From: Octopus sinensis | Lineage: Eukaryota | NCBI RefSeq assembly: GCF_006345805.1 | Contig: NC_043006.1 | Location: 97,898,001-97,962,000, forward strand | Direction: 5' to 3' | DNA length: 64,000 nucleotides | Shown here: positions 37,570 through 49,910 of the stretch, in pieces | How the letters are laid out: every line of letters begins with the position of its first letter | How positions within the stretch are numbered: the first letter of the stretch is position 1 | The notes under the pieces: model-generated | What the model saw: only the letters and a program-made list of their open reading frames with translations | Database searches by the model: none | What the model was told of the DNA's origin: nothing | Program-made: the position numbers and the translations under genes

Positions 37570-40502
37570 AAAGACATAATGAAATTTTCTAAGAATGTTT
37601 GGCGGTCTGTACATTATTGTTTACACTGTATTAAGTTGGATGATTTTTATGCACAGCAGGTTGCAGTAGGCATTTGATTCATTGACAAGTTCTATGCGCA
37701 TAGGTATATCATGATTACATGATAACGCCCCCATGGGATCTGCCTTGTCTATCACATCTGAAGATGTTGAATCTATTGATTGTGATTTCGCTGTTGCGGA
37801 TTTTTCGTTGAGATGACTTTCAGTAATTCCAATTATTTTGGAGTTGTTTTCTGTTGCTAATTCTTCCAAGAAAGGGACTTTACACTGTTTTGTTTTCGGA
37901 TAAAGACCCTGATATTTGCTGTTATTATGCTTGTTGTACCGGATACATCTGCCCTATTGTTGGCAAGACTGTTGTAGTTGCTGGGACTGTGCTGACTGGA
38001 TATTCGGTCTGCTGGGCTGTCTGTATTTGTTGTACGTGCCCTGTAAGTCCAGGTGTCAGCCTTTGTATCAATGTTGCCTGGTTTTGCTGAGTCGTCTGTA
38101 TGGAGTACAGCTGTTGTTGTAGTTGGTAGACTGAAGACACTTTCATACTGTTGACCCAACATTTCTGCCATTTCAATAGGGTTATTCACTACATCCCCAT
38201 TTTGTCTCTGGAGAGGTCCTATTGTTGACTTGGTGTTCGAGTATTTCTTTGCAAAACTGTAGAAACATTTTGGATTTTTCTGGATGTTTTCTATGGCTTT
38301 CTTTTCTGCATTGCTACGTTCTTCATCATAGTGTTGTTTTAGATTGTCTTCTAATCTGTATATTGGGTCAAGGACTTTCTGTAATTCATGTTTTGATGTC
38401 AGCTTAGATGTTTTGTTTCTTAGTCTTGACCTTTTGCGCATCAGGATCTTTCGCTCCCGAGGTACAGGTTTTTTTGTGGACTTGGTTTTCTTTAGAGGAA
38501 CATTTTTTTCACATATTTCTTCGATCTTGTTTAAGAATTTCTTGTGTTTATCTGGCCCAGTAAGGTAGAGATCCCAGTCAATGATTTGTAGCTGGTTGTT
38601 AATAGTTTCCCAATTTGCCTCTGGAGTCAACAATAGGACCTCTCCAGAGACAAAATGGGGATGTAGTGATAACCCTATTGAAATGGCAGAAATGTTGGGT
38701 CAACAGTATGAAAGTGTCTTCAGTGAGCCATCTAAAACCATGAAGATCCATGACCCAGAAAATTCTTCAAGGATATCGACCATACTAAACCTACCCTATC
38801 CGACATTGATTTCAACCCAGAAGACAATAGCAAGCAATAGACAAGCTCTCCATGCACTCGGCTGCGGGGCCTGACGGTTTCAATGCCATGATACTTAAAA
38901 ACTGCAAGGCACAATTGTCGAAAACCCTTTACATGATATGGAGGGAATCTATGGAGAATGGCAAAATACCAAATACATATAAAGAAGCACACATAACTCC
39001 AATACATAAAGGGGATAGCAAATCAAAACCAAAGAACTACCGACCAATCTCACTGACATCACACATTATCAAGGTCTTCGAAAGAATAGTTCGTGGAAAA
39101 CTGGTTGAGTTCCTGGAATCCAACAATCTGATGAATTGCAACCAGCATGGATTCAGGTTAGGTAGATCATGCCTTTCCCAACTACTGGCACACACCATGA
39201 CCAAATCCTAGAAAATCTAGAGAATGGATACAACACAGATGTTATCTACCTCGACTTTGCCAAGGCATTTGACAAGGTAGATCATGGCATCCTGGGTCAC
39301 AAACTTCGAAAGCTAGGAGTAGGAGGAAAAGTTGGTACATGGATAAACGAGTTCCTTACAAATAGAACTCAAACAGTCACTGTGAATGGAACCCATTCAA
39401 CACCATCACCTGTGACCAGCAGTGTTCCTCAGGGTACAGTACTCGGCCCAATCCTGTTTCTCATCCTCATCTCTGACATAGATGAAGATACAACCAGCAA
39501 CGTCTCATCCTTTGCTGATGACACCAGGTCATGAGACAAATCAAAGACGAGGTGGATACAGAGGCCTTACAAAAGGACCTGACCACCATATATAAATGGC
39601 AGGAAACAAACAACATGTTGTTCAATGATAAGAAGTTTGAACTAATTCGCTACGGAACAGATCAAGATCTGAAAAATACAACAAACTACAGAAACCCATC
39701 AGGACAACAAATAATGGAAAAACAGTATGTGAAAGATTTAGGCATCCACATGGGAACCAACCTAAAATTCAGAGAACACCTTGACTCAGTCTGTCTTACT
39801 GCAAGAAAGTACAGCGGGTGGATCTTGCGCACCTTCAAATCAAGAGATACCTCAACAATGAAAACCCTCTGGAACAGTATGATACTTCCGAGATTGACTA
39901 CTGTTCTCAGTTGTGGTCACCAACAACAAGGGCCAACTATCTAAGATAGAATCGCTCCAAAGAAATTTTACCTCATACTTCTCAGAAACGAGGGACCTGG
40001 ACTATTGGCAAAGACTCAAAACCTTGAGGATGTACTCAATAGAAAAGATTTAGCGATACCGAATTACTACATTTGGAAATGATAGAGCAGAAGGTGCCAA
40101 ACTTTGGTATCAAAACCTACCACTCACTGCGCCACGGAAGACGCTGCCAGCTGTCCACCAATCAACAAAAAGGCTGGCCAGGCAGCAAAAACCCTGCGAG
40201 AATCAAGTCTGTTGGTTCGAGGAGCACAACTGTTCAACTCCATTCCGGTACATGTCAGAAATCTATCAGGATGCAGTGTGGAATCATTCAAATTGCAACT
40301 GGATAGATACTTAAGCACATTAGAGATGAACCCCATCTCCCAGGATATACACAACGAGCACAAACTGACTCAAACTCGCTCCTACACATGTCAAATTTAA
40401 GCAGAGAATACAACCTGGCAACCACACCAGACTCTGAGGGTGGAGTCTTCGACTTGGCCTGAGCATGGACTCAAACCCAAATGAAATGAAATGAAATGAA
40501 AA
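37570..40502 (+). mobile_element. CR1/L2-like LINE with rearranged (doubly inverted) 5' part
   Basis: Plus strand 38625-40502: SAAGPDG, NYRPISLTS, QHGF, DFAKAFDKVDH, PQGTVLGPILF, FADD, tail (TGAAA)n. Minus strand 38130-38626: EN-RT linker. Minus strand 37570-38129: ORF1 end and APE endonuclease (ITESHL, RCDR..GGV, YRPP). Confidence 0.9.
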
Positions 40503-40504
40503 AT

Positions 40505-40850
40505 CACTACGCTCGTTTCGACCCATTGAGCATCATTCAGTGCAGATGTGCCTCATCAGGTCAGTTGTCAGACAGTACCTTGTTTGTAAATCTCCGTGTC
40601 GATTTTATCGATTTGAATACATTTCGATATTTGCCTGAAGAGGAGTATCAAGTTGCTCTTTCCTGTATGTCACCAGCTACAGACAAATACCGAAAAGTAT
40701 TCAAATAAGCGAAATGGATATTGTAGAACGTGGTACCTTTTGATAAGTCACCAGACAAGGTACATCTGCACCGAATGAAGCACTACAGCTATTTGTACAG
40801 AATATCACCCATGAACGACCGATACACAATGGGTCGAAACGATCGTAGCG
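40505..40850. mobile_element. MITE with CACTA-like TIRs and inner inverted repeats
   Basis: CACTACGCTCGTTTCGACCCATTG / CAATGGGTCGAAACGATCGTAGCG (2 mismatches); AT on both sides; inner IR CATTCAGTGCAGATGTGCCT / AGGTACATCTGCACCGAATG. Confidence 0.7.
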
Positions 40851-43395
40851 ATTAATAAAGTGCATATGGATGCAATATTCTCTCTCTTTCATATGTTTTA
40901 AACTCAATCTATGCGGTTGATAACATCAAGTAGCCGAATACAGTGAAGGTACTTGAAACGACATAAAAGTATTACACCCTCCCCCCACACACAAATATGG
41001 AATGCTACTGCGTTTCCGGCTGCCTGATTCTGTTTGTATATAAAATCATGGTTGCTTGAGAAAACGTATATACAACTTGCTGCGTTGTGGAATACGAACC
41101 TAAAGGCACATGTGGTTATGAAGCGCGCTTGTTAACCTCATATCTATGGGAAAATTGTATTTTGATCTCCTTCCCTTGTCAATATTAAATTCGAATAAAT
41201 GCAGCATATTTATTGCGTTGGTATGTCGAGGCTCCGTAGTAAAATAAACAATTTGAAATATTTGAAATGCTTATAACATTATTGATGTACGGCTTTCATC
41301 GTTTAAAAAAATCACAAAGGAATATATGACGCAACTTTACTGCAGTTTATTTAATACACAACATTGATGTTGTGAACATCAAAAAGCTCTCGCTTGGAAA
41401 GTTTACCTAATATACTGGCAAAGCTAAAATACATCTTGGATTTTATTTTTATCGAAATTTGTCTCAACATTAATTCAATAACATTCACCGGAAAAGTAAT
41501 TAATAATATTTTTAATAATATATCTGAACCAAAACATGCCGTATTCGATGAGACAATAGTTTAACAAATGGACGGTAATAAATGAAGATACAGTTGTTAT
41601 AAAATATGGGGCAAAGATCTTTGTTTTGATGCACAACTATACATCATTCCCTTTGCAGTGTATACATTACAAAAGCACATCAGTTCCTCGTGCTATAACT
41701 CTGCTAGATTTCCGCGTGTGTATATGTGTGTATACCTATGTATGTTAGCGACGGAAGTAATCTTTATATCTTACTTAACGTGGATATATAATTAGAAAGT
41801 TGTATTTGCCTTAGGTGAAGTGCTGAGAAACAGAGATATATCATTTGCAGACGAGATTCGCATAGTGTGTGATTTCAGCATACAATTCTTTCATCAATAA
41901 CAAGCATCCACTCACCGCTTCCTAGCCAAATCCCACTGCTAATGAAATTTAGATTCATTAATAACCGGAAGTCTCTTCAGAAAATTAAATATTGGCGACA
42001 GCTGCAATGTTAATACCAAATACCAAATACCAGTCTGTAGATTTTACAGAGTGTGGATGTATTGTCAGAACATCGCATAAATACGGTATTCACCTTGAGA
42101 AATCGCTTTAAACAAATGTAAAGTGCAAAGTAGCAGTCATGTGGTTCATTGAGAATCCTCTAGCCTGAATGGTGGAACTATAAGATCACGTGATTTCAGC
42201 GTACATGCACTTCATCAGAAGCTTGTATCCAGTCACTACACACGCAGCCGTCCGTCGGTCCAGCAATCCACCCATCCTCCCATTCATCCATACATACGTA
42301 CGTACATACATACATACATACATACATACAAGCATGCGCATCAAGTTACATACTCTTCTACAGTTGAGTCCTGACGGCGTCTGACTGCTGCATTGTGTAT
42401 TGAACTAAACAATAAAGAGTAAAATGAATACATCTAGTGTACACACAACAGTAAAATTAATATCATAAAATTAATTGGCGTGCTTTTAGCTGGACTGGTA
42501 CAATGTGTCTACACCTGCTGCATGTGAACCAGTGTTGGTTGGTCGGAACTATTTTAACAGAGACTTGGGAGAGAATACTTAGCAGGAAATTATGTATGAG
42601 ATATTCCATGAAGTTTGAATTAATAGCAGTATCATTTCCCGAAGCTCTTAAATATTTACATCCCACGCAGAAAACTGCAACTTGGATATCTAGGGGTATG
42701 AAGTTAATCCACAAATATGTAATCAACAAGAGAGATATGTATGTTTCTATATATCCGGGCTGTCGCTTGTGCTACACTAGAGGGGAGTTTATCACCCCAT
42801 CAATAACATCTGTCGAGAAATATCCCCAAGATATTAACTTTCCATGAAACACGACGTTGCCACTAAAACCGTATACAAAACTAAACGCAAGAACGATTGT
42901 CATGGTGGCTATACTAAATGAACAGGAAAGATATTGTACAATGGAACTTAGGGGAATTTTGCGCTATTGTTGAGATCTGCTGCCTGTCAGATGTGAATGA
43001 GAAACTTACAGCTCTTATAGCCATAGGTTGAATATAAGTCATTTGTATCTACTGTCAAAGATACACTACGTTTCGCAACGATAGAATTTCATAAAAGCCT
43101 AGAAATGTTGGTGTTTAGGAAAACAAAACAGGACGGGAGAACCAAAGGATGAAACAGATTCAAGTCCTCCAAATCGATGAGTGGTGCAATGAAAACTAAT
43201 AAAAGATTCCAGGGATTATACAACGGAGGCTCCTGGATTGAACCTATGCAAGTTTGTATTTATACACACACACACACAGACCTGCACGCACGCACATACC
43301 CACACATACACACGCATACCTCCTTCTCTTGCAATCTCCTGTCTTTGAAAGAACTTTTTCTTCACCCATTCCATTCCGGTCATTTCAATATGAGA

Positions 43396-43592
43396 CCGCG
43401 TGTGTATCGTTGGCGATTTTCTTTCTCCGTCTTCCCTTCTTTTGACTTTTTCTATATTTCTGATGAAGAGCTCCGCTCGAAACGTTAAATCCTCTTTCTT
43501 TTCTTTCCTTTCCTGCGCGTCCAAAAACACTGTACTTATTCCACGTCCTCGCGTTGTTGTTTTTTCTTGCTTGTTCATGTTTGGATTGACTA
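43396..43592 (+). mobile_element. ~200-bp Penelope-LTR/retrozyme-like repeat carrying a hammerhead motif, copy 1
   Basis: Colinear with 59551-59751 (minus); ends TTGGATT.ACTA followed by microsatellite. Confidence 0.7.
43456..43490 (+). ncRNA. Minimal type I hammerhead ribozyme motif
   Basis: ATTT-CTGATGA-A-GAGC-TCC-GCTC-GAAA-C-GT-T-AAAT: core CUGANGA/GAAA/NUH, stem II GAGC:GCUC, stem I ATTT:AAAT, palindromic ACGU stem III. Confidence 0.7.
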
Positions 43593-43663
43593 TGTATGCA
43601 AGTATGTATGTATATATGTAGGTATACACACACTAATACACATGCACGCACACACACACACAC

Positions 43664-43696
<33 letters not shown>

Positions 43697-44140
43697 GCCA
43701 CATGGATATAAACAATATGCAAGCACATAGATAGTAATGAAACATGAGCATTTGTGTACTCGACAGATTGTACACTCACTACATTATTTATAGTGTATCT
43801 ACTCAATTATGCACAGATACAAACATTCAATAACCAGTTCACAAAACCACAAAATTTCAGGAGCTGTATAGAATTAAACAAAACAATGTCATCACATTGG
43901 TAATGACGGTCTTCAATTACGCCGAGGAAAAACTTCAATATGTATGTACAAATGTGGGTGTGTGCGCGTGTTTGTGTGTGGGTGTATGCATGCTTATGAG
44001 TGTGTGTGGTGTGTGTGTGTGTGTGTGTGTACGGTATATACAGGCAATGATAGATTACGCGCTGTTTACCTCTTCACTCGTTGGTTTCAAAAGTATGAAT
44101 TTACACATCGCGCTTCAGCTTAGTTTAATTATATATATAT

Positions 44141-44433
44141 ATCACCGTGATCACCGTGACCAACCAGGCCATCAGATGTTGTTACACATCGCTGGTCACA
44201 ATGCGCTTCGCATTGTTTTAGCCTTCAAATGACGCCACCCCGCTGGCTAAGCGAGCAGGCCAACAGCAGAAAGAGTGAGAGAAAGTTGTGGCGAAAGAGT
44301 ACAGCAAGGATCGCCCCCACCCGCCGGAGCCTCGTTTTCGCTCAATAAACACTCACAACGATTGGTCTGAGAATCAAAACCGCGATCCTACGACCGCGAG
44401 TCCACTGCCCTAACCACTAGGCCATTGCGCCTC

Positions 44434-44436
<3 letters not shown>
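44141..44436 (-). mobile_element. SINE family C (tRNA-derived), tail type 1
   Basis: Head GTGGAGGCGCAATGGCCTAGTGGTTAGGGCAG..GGTTTTGATTC; tail ends (CACGGTGAT)2. Confidence 0.8.
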
Positions 44437-44472
<36 letters not shown>

Positions 44473-44975
44473 TAAGATGGAGAATACATGCGTAGGATAA
44501 TCAATTTATTCATTAATTAATTATCATAGTCAATTCATATTGCTTACACGGCGTTTCGGTTTGTTACTCCATCCAAATTTGTACATTTAAGTGTATTATG
44601 AAGTTGAAAGCAAAATCGTCTTCAGGACAAATTGACTTCCATTTTGTTCACATCCTAAAGTATGGAGAGCTTATTCCAATCGGATTGTAGCATGTGTGTC
44701 TTGGATTCTGTTCTAAAAGTAACCAGAAGTTGATTTTGACTTCTGACTATTTTTGGAACAGAATCCAAGACATGCAGTCTACAATTCAATTGAAATAAAC
44801 CCTGTATATGATAGGATTTGAAAAAATGGAAGCCAATTTGCTCTGATGAAGTTTTTGCTTTCAGCCTCATAATGCACTTAAATGTACTAATTTGCATGGA
44901 ACAACAAACTGAGATGCCTCGTAAATCGAGCGCTGCGTAGGCAATATGAATTGATTATGATAATGAATAAATAAA

Positions 44976-45368
44976 TCTTTATATATAAAAGTCAAGTTGT
45001 GTGTCTGTCTCCTACGATTTAGATTCCTAACTACTCCCACATTTTGCGGTGCAGTTTAACCAAAACCGGGTATCTTATAGTCGTGATTCATATCGAGCCC
45101 TTCTGGGTATTAGCGCGCCTCTACGATGAGTCTACGATTTAAAAAAAAATTACCATCATTTTTTCCATTTTAATGCATTTTTCGCTATTATGTAAGGGAA
45201 ATAACTCTCTAAAAATGTCTACGATGAGTCAACGATTAAAAAAAAATTACTATCATTTTTTTCCCAATTTTAATGCATTTCTTTGCTATCTTTTGGCTAT
45301 AACTCTCTAAAAATGCTTATATAGTTATTTCCCTTACAAACCCGAGCAACGCCGGACGATACTGCTAG
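44976..45368 (+). mobile_element. Non-autonomous Helitron, copy 3 (subfamily b)
   Basis: A|TC..hairpin..CTAG|T; interior has a duplicated CTACGATGAGTC.ACGATT.AAAAAAA.TTAC block instead of the subfamily a interior. Confidence 0.85.
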
Positions 45369-46071
45369 TAATAAATAAATAAATTGATTATCCTATGTAT
45401 GTATTCTCCATCTTTATTTATATTTTTATAAAAAATCGAAAATAATGGAAACCTTTATAGAGACAGTTGGAATTTCAGAAGTAAAAACTATTCATATCGA
45501 AGAAGAATCAACGACAGACGCCAGTACATGTGTCTGTAGCAAAAAATGTCTTGCATGTTTTTTTAATTATCCACTTTGCTCTATAAGGAATCTTAATCTC
45601 TTATTATTACGGTATAATGCTAATGTAAACCAGGAATTTCCAATAAAAATCATTGCAGTTAGTCATACAAAACGACCTGGTAATTAGCAACGTCAGTCAA
45701 AATACAATCTTATCTTTCACAATATGAAAAAGAATAAAAATATGAACAACATCATCATAAATTATTAGTTATGTGACTTTAACAGTCCTCGTATCATGGA
45801 ACAACTAATGAAAATTACCCTAAAATGATCTGACATTCTAAGATATTCAAAATACAAAACACACCTAGCATGAATCACATTAATTATATAAAATGCAAGT
45901 ACAGGGTACGGAAAAAATAAAAAAAAACCTCCTCCAGTTCACAATGTGAGAGACATTCAAAAAGCAGATACATGGTGCATACCGGTCCAAAAATGATAAA
46001 CGATCAAAAAACAAAACACGATAAACACATTTACATTAGTTACATCAATAAAAGTGTCTTGTATTTTATAA

Positions 46072-46458
46072 TCTTTATATATAAAAGTGAGGTTGTGTGC
46101 TGTCTGTCTCCTACGATTTAGATTCCTAACTGCTCCCACATTTTGCGGTGCAGTTTAACCAAAACCGGGTATCTTATAGTCGTGATTCATATCGAGCCCT
46201 TCTGGGTTTTAGCGCGCGTCTACGATGAGACTACGATTTTTAAAATAATTTACCGTTTTAATGCATATTTTTCGCTATTATATAAGGGAAGTAACTTTCT
46301 AAAAATGTCTACGATGAGTCAACGATTTAAAAAAAAATTACCATAATTTTTTTCCCATTTTTAATGCAATTTTTTGCTATTTTTTGGCTATAACTCTCTA
46401 AAAATGCTTTATAGTTGTTTCCCTTACAAACCCGAGCAACGCCGGGCGATACTGCTAG
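46072..46458 (+). mobile_element. Non-autonomous Helitron, copy 4 (subfamily b)
   Basis: Same termini and interior as 44976-45368. Confidence 0.85.
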
Positions 46459-47875
46459 TTCTTTATAAATTTGTACAATGCCAGATTTTTAGATGAAGAG
46501 GAAAGACCATTGCAGTCCTTGTCCGGTGCTTTTTATCGACCCCGAAAGGACACAAAAATAAATTTGACACTGCGAGATTTGTACACAGAACGTAAATAAC
46601 AGAAGTATTGCTAAGCATTGTTTGTCCAGTGTGTTAACGATTTTGCCATCTCTCATACTTAAACCTACACCTTAACGAGATTATATTTATATTTATAGTA
46701 AAATCATCTGAGGGCTGTTTCCAATAATTTTACCTAATATACAACTTCCAGTACAGGTAAATAACTTTTATTTCAGAAAATTTAAGATCAGTAAAATATT
46801 TTAAAATGTACGTCCGCTACCATCACCAAAAATTAGAAAGAAAACGTAAATTGAGCGTAAGTGAAAACAAAAAAAAAAAAGTCGGAAGTCGAATGATACT
46901 GCCATCAATGATCAGGAATTCCCTACTCACCCAGAATATTTTTTCAGTCGATGCTGAACAACAAATCAATCGATTTTCAACTGTCAAAGGTACTATAAAT
47001 CACGGCGAAGCTCGTCTGCTCCTCTTTATCTTTGTGGACTAAACTCTTAGAATTGTGCTTTCGATGAAACGCAGGGTATAATTTGCTGAGAGATAGACGC
47101 ATCTGATTAGATTGATTAAGAACCATTAAAAGGCATAGCTAACACTTTAGGCTTCAATAATAATGATTCTACACTGAATAATCTGAGACATTTAATATGA
47201 CGTTATATCACTTTTCAAAGCTGACCATCGAAGGATGTTTCTTATGCAGTTCCTCAGCCGGCAAGAATTAATAGGGGAAACTTTCCATAAGATCATACAA
47301 AAAGAACACACTGGATTACATAATCTTCAGAAATGAAAACTTATCTCCGCGGCTCATTCAGTGATCACCAGATTCTAATCAAAAGATAAAAAAAAAGTTT
47401 GCCGCCGTTTAAGTGAAGCAAAAACGTTTATGGACGACAATTAATATATAGTGCTAGTATTTTATTTTTATTCCCATTAGAGTAAACATATCGAACAGTA
47501 AAATAACTGACTGCTAACATATCTAAAAAATTAAAGGAAATACTATAATACCGCCTGTTACACATGGGTTTACTTCTGAAAATATTTTCAGTTTAGCAAG
47601 TGCTTATTTCTTCTTTGAGTATATTTATCAGAAATTATAGGCGTAGGCTACGTATATTCATATCTGGTTCTTATTTACCTGGTTTTTGATTTAGGGAAAT
47701 GACCAGCAGTTTTACGGGGAGGGGGGAGGGGTTAGTTGATGCTATTGAATTCAATTCAGTGACTGGTACTTATAGACCACAAAATAATAAAAAGCGAATC
47801 GTACGTCTGCTTGATTTGAACTCAGAAAGAAAAAAATGCAGACGAAAGTATAGGGCATTATTTCAGGCATTCTAA

Positions 47876-48092
47876 AGACGGCGAGCTGGGAGAATCATAA
47901 GCACGCCGGGCGAAATGCTTAGTGTTATTTCGTCTGTCTTCATTTTTGTGGGTTCAAATTCCGCTCAGGTCGATTTGCCTTTCATCCTTACTAGGTCAAA
48001 TAAATAAGAACCAGTTAGACATTAGAGTCGATATAAATGACCAGCCCCTTTCCTCAAATTTTAGACCTTGTGTTTATAGTAGAAAGGATTAT
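47876..48092 (+). mobile_element. SINE family B
   Basis: GACGGCGAGCTGG..GCACGCCGGGCGAAATGC..GGTTCAAATTCC..GCCTTTCATCC; tail differs from 21925-22154. Confidence 0.75.
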
Positions 48093-48670
48093 TCCAGACG
48101 TTCTAATGGTCCTGGCATTTGGGCGTCTTTTGTATTTGTAAGATAGGTAGAGTAGAGACAAGTAGGATTAGATCGCAGGACAGTAAATAATAGAATAATT
48201 ATATTATGATCAATTTTTTTCTTAGGATTTAAAAAAATTGTGGCAGAGCTTTGCTTTGTGTTGAGATTAAAATAATCTAAAGATTTAAATGACGTCATAT
48301 GCTTTGTAAGACAGATAATATATTTCTTTCATAAAGAGAAAGACACAGTGTCTTGGAAACAATTCTAGAGCTCAGGGAAAGATTCGTAATCTTCATATCT
48401 GCTAATTACAATATTGTATTTTGTTAGGAACGTTAATGAAATACGATATAACATAGCGTTTCAACTGGTTATTTCTTTAATTAGTATGCTTATCATGCCA
48501 TCTCCAGACTTTCTGGAAATTTCACTTACAAATCACACAGCGTCTATTTTATTTATTTACTTTTTAATTAGTTAGTCAGGGAAGGAGAAACATCACCCAT
48601 TAGTTTTCTGGTTTTCTTCTAGACTACTCAAAATAATTCAAGCGCATATATATATATATATTATATATAT

Positions 48671-48721
<51 letters not shown>

Positions 48722-48760
48722 ATATATACATTTATATATACACACACACACACTTTACAC

Positions 48761-48966
48761 TTTACTATTTTACTCGTTTACTTGTTTCAGTCATTTGACT
48801 GCGGCCGGCCATATTGGAGCACCGCCTTTAGTCGAGCAAATCGACCCCAGGGCTTATTCTTTGTAAACCTAGTACTTATTCTATCAGTCTCTTTTTCTGA
48901 ACCGCTAGGTAACGGGGACGTAAACACCAGCATCGATTGTCAAGCGATGTTGGGGTGGACAAACAT

Positions 48967-49002
<36 letters not shown>

Positions 49003-49036
49003 ACAGACACACACACATACACACACACACACACAT

Positions 49037-49091
<55 letters not shown>

Positions 49092-49140
49092 CGACTGTCT
49101 TCTTTCAGTTTCCGTCAACCAAATCCACTCACAAGACTTT
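48761..49140 (-). mobile_element. SINE family A lacking the head
   Basis: Tail, internal (CA/TA)n and core in reverse complement. Confidence 0.85.
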
Positions 49141-49267
49141 ATATATATATATAAAATTGAATAAATCAAAGCTACTCAAAGCTAGTAGCAAATGTGTGAG
49201 TGCAGAGAGGAAGAGATAGATAGATAAATAGCCGCAGAAAGAGGGAAAAATAGATACATGGGGAAGG

Positions 49268-49340
<73 letters not shown>

Positions 49341-49816
49341 TGTACAGAAGTTCTGTATATTCCGTACTGTATATTCCGGGATTTGTGTGTGAGAAATAGT
49401 AGTTGTGTAAAAAGAGGGCACAGAGAGGGATTGAGGCAACCAGGCTAAGCAGACTATAAGCTTAAAAGTTCAGACGCTGTTTTGAGCTGCTGTAGAAGAG
49501 AAGCGAGTTGGAGAAACGATCTCAGTCGATCAACCGGTTGGTTACTACTTTAGATGCAATTTATTTTTGTGTGTAGCAGTAGTATTACAGTAGACTTAGT
49601 AGATGTGTTAATAGCAGCAGCAGTAGTAGCAGTATTAGTATTATTGTTAGTAATAGTGCGATAGTAGTTGTAGTACTGAAGAAGTAGTAATGTGTTATTA
49701 TTACTAGTATTACTATAACAGTAGTAGCAACAGTAACTACTACTACTAGTACTACTACTACTACTAGTAGTAGTAATAATAATAATAATAATACCATCAG
49801 TAGTAGTAGTAGTAGC

Positions 49817-49847
<31 letters not shown>

Positions 49848-49848
49848 T

Positions 49849-49881
<33 letters not shown>

Positions 49882-49910
49882 CAGTAGCAATGATAGCGTT
49901 TGCCGCCCTT

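Noticed and set aside
37857-38633. 258-aa minus-strand ORF as an intact gene
   Set aside because: Chimera of LINE linker and out-of-frame ORF1 end created by the rearrangement junction at 38129/38130.
42503-42847. 114-aa non-repetitive ORF with possible splice sites
   Set aside because: No recognisable motif or homology; may be chance or a decayed repeat (an RTE-like scrap follows at ~42950-43150).
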